From: Candidatus Terraquivivens tikiterensis
GTDB taxonomy: Archaea; Thermoproteota; Nitrososphaeria_A; Caldarchaeales; Wolframiiraptoraceae
Reading direction: 5' to 3'
Assembly: GCA_003056285.1 (NCBI GenBank)
Contig: NDWU01000006.1
Coordinates: 1,543-65,542, forward strand
DNA: 64,000 bases
Below, piece after piece: positions 57,490-64,000 of this stretch (positions are counted from its first letter, which is position 1; every line of letters begins with the position of its first letter). Below the pieces are notes generated by a model, which had not been told where the DNA came from, made no database searches, and saw only the letters and a program-made list of their open reading frames with translations. The translations under genes and the position numbers were made by a program.

Positions 57490-58776
57490 TTGGACGGTTT
57501 AAAGGCCAAGGTTTGGCGTAAGAGCCACAGCCTAAAGAGCGTTGAGATGCTCGAGGTCGGCGAGGCTAAGCTTAGGGAGTACGTCGAGTCTAAAGGGCTT
57601 ACGTTCGATGAGCAAATAAGGCTGCTAAAGTCTGGCGGTGATATATATAGTTTTCTCGACGATTATGTTAGCTACCTGGACTCCCAGTCTCTAAAACCGA
57701 AAACGATCAAGGATTATGTGTACTGGGCTAAAAAAATCCTTAGGCACTACGGCGTCCAGATCAAGAACGAGGAGCTGCGGGAGAGGGTTTCCCTGCCTAA
57801 GGTCCAAAGACCCCTAGATTCTGGCCTGGACGCCGCGCAGGTCAGGAGGATACTTTTAAACTGTAAAAATGAGCGCCTTAGGCTTCTCTTAATGCTCTGC
57901 AAGGATACGCTGGCTAGGCCGATAGAGCTACTCGGGTTGCAGGTAAAGCATTTCAACTTCGACTCTATACCCAAGTCCGTCACGATACCGGCATACCTAG
58001 CAAAAAACGATATGGAGAGGGAAACGTTCTTCACGGACGAAACATTCGAGTTTCTAAGGGGCTATATGCTGAAGCATAATATCCATGGAAAAGAGGACTT
58101 CATCTTCCTGGGTAAGGAGGTAAACCCAAAGGACGAGCTACAGTTTCAATCCCAACTATACAAGGCAGAGGCCGCCATGGAGAAGGCATGGAGGGAGCTC
58201 ATGAGAAGCCCCGCTCTAGCGGATCTGAACGAGAGGATAGAGCTAAGGGGAAAGGCTCCACGCTACAAAATCCACATCTACAGCTTCAGAAAATTCGGCT
58301 TCACAAAGGTTGCAGATACGCTTGGAGAGATAGCAGCGCATGCGCTAGCCGGGCATGAGGCGTACATGATCACGTACTACCGAAAAACTAGAGAGGAGAG
58401 GGCCGCGGATTACCTTAAGGTAGCGCCTAAACTTATGGTTCTCACACAACCGCTGAGCATCGACGAGGTTAAGAGACAGGCTGGGCTCGAGGCAATACGG
58501 CGGCTTGCCGAGAGCTTCGGAATAGACCCGGCCAGGATAAGGATAGAGCGCGAAGGCATGGGTGTCGATGAGGAGATCTCAGCCATACAGGCTGAGATCA
58601 AAAGGTTCATATCCCAGGCGCTAAGGCTTAGGGAAAACTCGGCCGTAGACGACTGCCAATACGAGAGCAGGATAGTTTCAGAGGCTGATTTGGAAAGCTA
58701 CCTGAACGCGGGCTGGGAGTTCCAGGCCCAGATAAACAACGGGAAATACATCGTCAGGAGGCCTAAAAATGCTTAG
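57490..58776 (+). CDS. int: tyrosine recombinase / integrase
   Basis: ..DTLARPIELLGLQV.. (Arg), ..IHIYSFRKFGFT.. (H..R), ..ALAGHEAYMITYYRK (H, Tyr). Confidence 0.85.
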   Translation: MDGLKAKVWRKSHSLKSVEMLEVGEAKLREYVESKGLTFDEQIRLLKSGGDIYSFLDDYVSYLDSQSLKPKTIKDYVYWAKKILRHYGVQIKNEELRERVSLPKVQRPLDSGLDAAQVRRILLNCKNERLRLLLMLCKDTLARPIELLGLQVKHFNFDSIPKSVTIPAYLAKNDMERETFFTDETFEFLRGYMLKHNIHGKEDFIFLGKEVNPKDELQFQSQLYKAEAAMEKAWRELMRSPALADLNERIELRGKAPRYKIHIYSFRKFGFTKVADTLGEIAAHALAGHEAYMITYYRKTREERAADYLKVAPKLMVLTQPLSIDEVKRQAGLEAIRRLAESFGIDPARIRIEREGMGVDEEISAIQAEIKRFISQALRLRENSAVDDCQYESRIVSEADLESYLNAGWEFQAQINNGKYIVRRPKNA

Positions 58777-59188
58777 CTAAAACGTCGGCCAACCTTTCAC
58801 TCCTCTTATATTGCTCATACACGATTTGGGCTAAAAGCCTAGCTAAAAGGTCGAGCAAAGGCATCTTATCCTGGTTAAGCAAAAACTCGAAAAATTCGTG
58901 CTTAAGCGTAAAGACAGGGTCATGTTCGTCGTAGACGAATACCGTGTTGCCCTTAACCTCAGCGGCCAAAGGCCTGCCTTCAGGGTTAAGCACCTTCCTT
59001 CCTGGAAGCCAGACCACCTTCTCCAACTCGTACCCCAACCTCGTCTTCTGCTGGAGCTCCCTGAGCACCTCTTGAAGCTTGGCCTCAACGCCGCTCTTCT
59101 CAGCGTCTATGGCTCTTGGTCTGCTTTTTCTTGTTTTCGTCATTATATCTTTAGCCTCCTGTGCGTATGCTCTGGATTTTCTGCGCAT
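58763..59188 (-). CDS. element ORF, unknown (141 aa, basic N-terminus)
   Basis: ORF overlaps neighbours in an operon-like chain with the helicase gene. Confidence 0.55.
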   Translation of the reverse strand: MRRKSRAYAQEAKDIMTKTRKSRPRAIDAEKSGVEAKLQEVLRELQQKTRLGYELEKVVWLPGRKVLNPEGRPLAAEVKGNTVFVYDEHDPVFTLKHEFFEFLLNQDKMPLLDLLARLLAQIVYEQYKRSERLADVLAKHF

Positions 59189-59528
59189 TTGCAGGAGGGG
59201 AGAGCTGCTGAACGCTAGGGGCTCCCTCCTGCACTGCCTCGATGCTGCTTATTCCAGCCCTCCTTAGTTTCTCGTAGCACCGAAAGTGCGCCCTGACGCT
59301 CAGGCCCCAGAATGCGGAGTACAGGATGACAAGCTCATCTTCATCGCTGACAACTACCTCCTCTCCCCTCAGTATCCTCCCGCCGCATATCCTGCACACC
59401 CCTCCGCCCCTCCTAGCCCTCTCATGCCTAACGCTTGCCCTCGTCCAGGCAGCATGGATCTTCTCGAGTGGCACACCGCTCTCGAGTAGATCACGCATAG
59501 TTTTTATGCCCATCATCGCCGCTTTCAT
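59151..59528 (-). CDS. element ORF, unknown (125 aa)
   Basis: Contains CRICGG...HFRC; overlaps the helicase stop. Confidence 0.5.
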   Translation of the reverse strand: MKAAMMGIKTMRDLLESGVPLEKIHAAWTRASVRHERARRGGGVCRICGGRILRGEEVVVSDEDELVILYSAFWGLSVRAHFRCYEKLRRAGISSIEAVQEGAPSVQQLSPPANAQKIQSIRTGG

Positions 59529-61726
59529 CCCTCCAGAACCTGAGGTTTGCGATCGCTCATGTCGGCTATGTCGGCGCTTTTAGGGCTCAGACCCCCTTGC
59601 GGAGCTGGACATTCATCCCATATTCCCCCTTGACCCCTTAAAGTGGCGGCATGACCGACATGAGCGATCGATGGAAGCTCCTGGAGCCACCTCTTGAAGA
59701 ACCTCACTCCCTTGGCCGTGAAGCGGTAGCCGTCTTTGTCGCTTCTTAAAAGCCCTAGCCCCTTGAGGACTCGGGCCTTCCTCGTTATAGTGTCAGGGTC
59801 AACGTTGGCATAGGCTGCTATCTCATCCCTTTGGCCCTTCTCGTTCTTCGCGATGTATTCTATCATCTTAAAGAAGACGGTCTCCTCCATTCCGCCTCCA
59901 TGCTCTCTCATATCGGCCTGTATCTCCTGCTCGATCCTGGCCTTACACGCTTCGTATTCCACGTCGCTCAGCTCATGCTGGCTCCTCCACCACTCGGCAT
60001 AACCATCCAGCTGGATGTCCTTGGCACAGAAGTCGAGCCACTCGTAGGCTAGGCGTACGTGCCTCTCTTCAGGCTCGTCGTAGCCTTCGAGTAGGGCAAA
60101 GGAGTAGGCTAGGCAGGCTAGCTTGTACGGTATGGCCCTGAGCAGCAGGGGTACGTCCTCGCAGCCATATCTAAGCTCGAGCTCCTTTCCGTAACGCATG
60201 ATGATAGGCCAGAGCTCCCTTCTGACCTCGTACGTTGTTTCTCTGCTTAGGTTCCACCGGAGTATTGTCCTCGCATGTTTAAGCAGCTCGTCATCCTCCG
60301 GCTTCGGGTCGATTATCTCATCCGTGTAGCGCTCCTCGGTAGAAACGCCGTACGTGAAGACGGCAAATGTGAACCTAGCGATGAGCTTGCTGTCGAACAT
60401 CTTAAGGGCCGTGCACCTATACAGCATCTCATCGAATGGCTGGGCTGGGTTGTTCAGTAGCTTTAGCCTGCAGCGGGCCCAAAGCTCCAAGCTCCGTATT
60501 GCCGTAATGGAGACGATACCGTTCCTACGGCTCTCGATTTGCTCGTCGATAGCGTGCGGTGGCATGTTATCAAGTACAAGGAAGCTGAGGTCCATACTGG
60601 GCAGGAGGCCCTTCCTCACTATCCAGCCCATCCCCTCGACCTTCTCGGCGCCAGCCGTCAAGCCAGCTGGCGTCTTCCTGCCCGTGTCGTACTTACCGCA
60701 CCCAAGCCAGTCTATAAGCATCCTAACGCGCTTGCTCTTCGCTGTAGTCGAGGGGCCAAGCTCACATGTTGTCGCGCCAAGCTCTGCAGGGCCCTCCGGT
60801 GTCTTAACCCATACTGGGCTCGCTACGGTCAGCAGATCAGACGCAAAGCCCTTCACGACCTCTGATCCTTTTAGCTGGCTCTTTCTTTTGAGCGCCTCCG
60901 CGACCTTCCATACGCCACTGTTCTTTAGGCCATCTTCGTTGACGAGCTTTCTGATGTAGGCTTTCGCTACCTCCACTTCATCGGGAAGTGGAGAAGCGAC
61001 CTCGCTCTCAGGCGTGAACTCCTCTATCAAAACACCGATCCTACCATTCTTGCCCTTACACAGCCAGCCCTCCCCGATTATCCAATTAGGGCACCTCTTG
61101 AGGTCGCACCTCTGGCTGTGGACGAACCAAGCCTTTCCCTCATTCCCCAGTCTATCGATCATTATGGCTGGTGTTACTGCCCTCTCGTCCTCGCACTTAC
61201 ATTCGACGCTCTTCCACCATGCAGGGCAGCCTGGCTCCAATCCCCGCTCGACGAGGATCCTGAGAGCATCCCGCGGATTGTTGGTGTCGAAGTACGTGGC
61301 GAAAGCGGAGGGATCCTTATCCAGCTCGTTGAAGTTTAATTGTAGATAGGGAACTAGGCTACACGGTGGGCATTCCTCCTTTGCATTTGCACACCGAAAG
61401 GTTAGGCGCATGTATCGGCTCTGCGGCGAGCCTAAGGCGATAACCTGAATTTTGCCATAGAAGGGTCGGTCGCCCGCGTAGGTGAATGTATCGGCTACCT
61501 CGGTCGCCACGTCGCTGTTTGGTGGGGCCCTATCCGGGTTCGCAGCAGCAAAGCGGGCTCTTTGCTTGGCCTTGAAGACCTCGACGGGCTCCGTGTCTAG
61601 TTTTTCCGCTACCTCTTTTACGTTTATTTCATTATAGGTTTTGTAGGGCCCGACCCTACGATCACCGCACCTAAGGTAAATTCCCTCGCCCGTGAGTTCC
61701 ACGACTACTCCTTCGTGACTACTCAA
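59525..61726 (-). CDS. divergent MCM-family AAA+ helicase with C-terminal wHTH
   Basis: LGPSTTAKS (MCM GDPGTAKS), TGRKTPAGLTAG (TGKGSTAAGLTA), FLVLDNMPP (VIDEIDKM), ..NGIVSITA.. (QQTVSIAKAG), LLNNP (AAGNP), LIARFT (ILSRFD). The C-terminus reads ..ITRKARVLKGLGLLRSDKDGYRFT. Confidence 0.75.
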   Translation of the reverse strand: MSSHEGVVVELTGEGIYLRCGDRRVGPYKTYNEINVKEVAEKLDTEPVEVFKAKQRARFAAANPDRAPPNSDVATEVADTFTYAGDRPFYGKIQVIALGSPQSRYMRLTFRCANAKEECPPCSLVPYLQLNFNELDKDPSAFATYFDTNNPRDALRILVERGLEPGCPAWWKSVECKCEDERAVTPAIMIDRLGNEGKAWFVHSQRCDLKRCPNWIIGEGWLCKGKNGRIGVLIEEFTPESEVASPLPDEVEVAKAYIRKLVNEDGLKNSGVWKVAEALKRKSQLKGSEVVKGFASDLLTVASPVWVKTPEGPAELGATTCELGPSTTAKSKRVRMLIDWLGCGKYDTGRKTPAGLTAGAEKVEGMGWIVRKGLLPSMDLSFLVLDNMPPHAIDEQIESRRNGIVSITAIRSLELWARCRLKLLNNPAQPFDEMLYRCTALKMFDSKLIARFTFAVFTYGVSTEERYTDEIIDPKPEDDELLKHARTILRWNLSRETTYEVRRELWPIIMRYGKELELRYGCEDVPLLLRAIPYKLACLAYSFALLEGYDEPEERHVRLAYEWLDFCAKDIQLDGYAEWWRSQHELSDVEYEACKARIEQEIQADMREHGGGMEETVFFKMIEYIAKNEKGQRDEIAAYANVDPDTITRKARVLKGLGLLRSDKDGYRFTAKGVRFFKRWLQELPSIAHVGHAATLRGQGGIWDECPAPQGGLSPKSADIADMSDRKPQVLEG

Positions 61727-61946
61727 GCTCGCCCGCCCTCCGCTTTGGATCTGATGATGAAGTCTCCTGAGCTATGAGGGCCTTCACTTCGGAGCCCATG
61801 AGGTTCATACGCTCCAACTTCTCCAGGATGGCTTGTCGCGCGAATTCACTAATGGAAATGCCCATGGTTGAGGCCGTCAGCTTAACAATCTTTGCAACCG
61901 TTTGCGAGACCTTCACCGATATCCAACAGGTTTTGCGCACGTCCAT
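61719..61946 (-). CDS. ribbon-helix-helix protein
   Basis: MDVRKTCWISVKVSQTVAKIVKLTASTMGISISEFARQAILEKL; overlaps the helicase start. Confidence 0.65.
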   Translation of the reverse strand: MDVRKTCWISVKVSQTVAKIVKLTASTMGISISEFARQAILEKLERMNLMGSEVKALIAQETSSSDPKRRAGELE

Positions 61947-61996
61947 CACCGTGGAAAAAATAAAAAAATTAAAAGGAAGAAAATTTTGGGACACGA

Positions 61997-62731
61997 TTGG
62001 TGTCCGAATTGTCAGAAAATCTAAACAGCATATGCATAACTCCGGCTGAGCTCTACCTAATGCTTCAATTCGACCATGCTCTCTGGAAATTATGTGACTT
62101 ATTCGAAAAGTTCGAGAAGGAGATCTTAAACAAAAAAGACATGGAGAGAAAAATGAAGACCTTTACGATAATCGCGTTATCTATCGTGCTCGGCATTCCC
62201 AGGAACAAAATGGTTAGGATGCTAGTCGAAAGCGGGTTGTACAAAGAGAGCTATGCCGAGAAGGCCGTCCGCAATTATGTAAAAATTCTGGCGAAGCCTT
62301 ATGAGCTCGCATCATACAGGGTAAGGTCCCAGACAAAGAAAACTGAAAAGGGAAGGTGGGGCAGGCATGAAATCGAAAAGAAGGCAGGAAGACCTCCTTT
62401 GGTATTCTCTGTTGAAAAGTCCTTTAGCCTCATTAATATAAAGATGGATGAAAGGCTAGGGCGCCTCATAGGCTTTGCAAGTATACTATCCGGCTCCTTT
62501 CCACGGCTCATGAAGATATTGGTTAGAATGGGATTCAAGCTGGGGATTCTAGACGAAATTGTCCACTGTTTCCAAGAGTTTTCAAAAGTGCATGACCTTC
62601 AGCCTCTAAATCTTAAACTTGAGGATACCGATATCAAGAAAAAAATAGAAAAGGAGATTGATAAATACTTCAACTTGCTGGTGGAACCCATCAGAAAGGA
62701 TGCCTTAAAGTCAATCAAAAAATGCGACTAA
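61997..62731 (+). CDS. element ORF, unknown (244 aa)
   Basis: AT-rich, K/E-rich ORF divergent from the RHH-helicase operon. Confidence 0.55.
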   Translation: MVSELSENLNSICITPAELYLMLQFDHALWKLCDLFEKFEKEILNKKDMERKMKTFTIIALSIVLGIPRNKMVRMLVESGLYKESYAEKAVRNYVKILAKPYELASYRVRSQTKKTEKGRWGRHEIEKKAGRPPLVFSVEKSFSLINIKMDERLGRLIGFASILSGSFPRLMKILVRMGFKLGILDEIVHCFQEFSKVHDLQPLNLKLEDTDIKKKIEKEIDKYFNLLVEPIRKDALKSIKKCD

Positions 62732-62878
62732 ATTATGGAACAAAAGAAAAGAATGAGCTTAACCTCTTCCTGCACACTTCTTCCCTCCCACCAAAAGCCT
62801 GCTCACCTATTGCCTGAGTATAGCGAACGATGAGAATGCATAAAGGTAAAATTTTACCTGTTATAATCATATGATGGC

Positions 62879-63202
62879 ATGAAAGAGGTAAGATGTCCAA
62901 GGTGCGGAAAGAATGTAAGCAGCTTCGGGACGAAGACGATAAACGATAGGAAGTACCTATTCGCATACCATGGCAATAGGCCATGCTATTTAGGCCCATA
63001 CGACTCATACGTACATGCTGAGAGGCTCTGGGGTATCGGTCTGTCCAACGTCTCCGATGCAGATCTGGAAGATATGCTTATGGAAATATTCTCAAGGTTA
63101 CTCCATAAGGTAAGGAGGGCTGAAGGGGAGAAGAAGGAGAAGATGGTTAAAGAATTGAATGAGATGCTCAAGCAGATGCACAAGAAGCTACAGGATGTAT
63201 AA
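62879..63202 (+). CDS. element zinc-ribbon protein
   Basis: VRCPRCGKNVSSFG...YLFAYHGNRPCYLGPYDSYVH, then a K/E-rich helix. Confidence 0.6.
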   Translation: MKEVRCPRCGKNVSSFGTKTINDRKYLFAYHGNRPCYLGPYDSYVHAERLWGIGLSNVSDADLEDMLMEIFSRLLHKVRRAEGEKKEKMVKELNEMLKQMHKKLQDV

Positions 63203-63304
63203 ATGGATAAATTTATCCATTATACAAGTAGACGGCCTTAATTAAATTAATAAAAATTTTAAATAGGTAATACGGACTCGCTTGGTTTAGTAGGAGAGTA
63301 GATA

Positions 63305-63865
63305 ATGGGAATTGACATTGATTACGGATTGTTAATCGGTCTGTTAAGTATCGCAATTGCCATATACTTTGGTTTAAGAGGCATCCCTTCCACATTACAT
63401 AAACATGAAGCTTATCTCCGTGAAATTGAAGAACATACGAGGCCCATTAAAAAAATAGAGGAAACTGTGACAAGGTTAGATGAGAGAATTAATACCGTAT
63501 TAAGATTTCTCCCTTTGGGGGGAACTGTAGAGGTTATTCTTAAAAATGTGGGAAAGATTAAGCTCTTTGCAGACCCTTATAAAGAGTACACCGATTATTA
63601 CATTGAAGTGGAAAAACCCATACTAAGGGCAGGCTTCATAGAGAAGAAAACTTTAGAAACTAATTTGGGTAAAAAAGAAAGAGAACTATTCGCTGAGCGT
63701 CTAGTTGCATTTAAATACATTAATTCTAGACGGATAGTGTTACGTGTCCCATCTACTGACCCGAAAATCTGTTCGGAGTACATTACTTTCTTTTTAAAGT
63801 GGTTAGATTCAGAGTATTGGGAGTCCTTAAAAGAATTGGAAGAGTACGAGAAAATCACTTTATAA
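63305..63865 (+). CDS. element ORF, N-terminal TM anchor, unknown (186 aa)
   Basis: GLLIGLLSIAIAIYFGL TM followed by a coiled segment and a soluble domain. Confidence 0.55.
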   Translation: MGIDIDYGLLIGLLSIAIAIYFGLRGIPSTLHKHEAYLREIEEHTRPIKKIEETVTRLDERINTVLRFLPLGGTVEVILKNVGKIKLFADPYKEYTDYYIEVEKPILRAGFIEKKTLETNLGKKERELFAERLVAFKYINSRRIVLRVPSTDPKICSEYITFFLKWLDSEYWESLKELEEYEKITL

Positions 63866-64000
63866 CTCAATAACTCAATTTTAGCTGAAGTCCTCCCTTC
63901 AAGGAGATAAAGAAACAAACTTAACCTTAAGGGCTCGTTAAATTTATTCCTATCCAATACTTCCCGAATAGGTCTTGTGGCGCCAAAAAAGCATGCTGGC

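Larger units (their letters stand above)
57414..64000 (+). mobile_element. integrated plasmid/virus-like element (right end beyond window)
   Basis: A tRNA fragment, an adjacent tyrosine integrase, an MCM-family helicase, an RHH protein, small Zn-ribbon proteins, and AT-rich unknown ORFs. Confidence 0.7.

Overview
Archaeal chromosomal window, all analysis by eye. It looks like a thermophilic TACK/Thermoproteota-type genome: structural RNAs are visibly GC-richer than the mid-GC coding DNA, promoters are BRE/TATA type with many leaderless or overlapping gene starts, and tRNAs carry splicing-type introns at canonical and non-canonical positions. A 23S rRNA gene is interrupted by three LAGLIDADG-ORF introns. 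The housekeeping core includes Sec61-beta, Alba, the L44e-S27e-aIF2alpha-Nop10-PAC2 cluster, and an amidase with a GatC-like partner. It also has GAPN-type ALDH, glpK-glpA-coxG-like, MoaA, AlaRS, ribosomal P1, H+-PPase, Dph2-Csl4-RpoL-TFS, archaeosine TGT, two beta-CASP nucleases and tRNA-Gln/Arg/Thr. The accessory, visibly AT-richer parts are listed next. (a) A 2.2-kb cassette with vapBC and a YHS protein, bracketed by a 31-bp perfect direct repeat between gapN and glpK. (b) A decayed integrated element next to tRNA-Arg (integrase fragment, frameshifted MNT/HEPN, vapBC). (c) A lone PUA/EVE-like + PD-(D/E)xK fusion. (d) An apparently intact integrated element running off the right edge from about 57.4 kb: tRNA 5' fragment, tyrosine integrase, divergent MCM-family helicase, RHH, unknown cargo. 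The most unusual non-catalogue signals are three. First, a duplicated promoter-leader-sORF module (2276-2492 vs 49085-49347) with a conserved N-terminus and a swapped central cassette. Second, an inverted pair of TATA + conserved-hairpin leaders in front of moaA and a DUF131-like gene. Third, a ~300-nt GC-rich structured RNA candidate just upstream of a 23S gene that has no 16S partner in the window. No CRISPR array was seen. Boundaries of RNAs and introns are approximate (about +/-5-20 nt).
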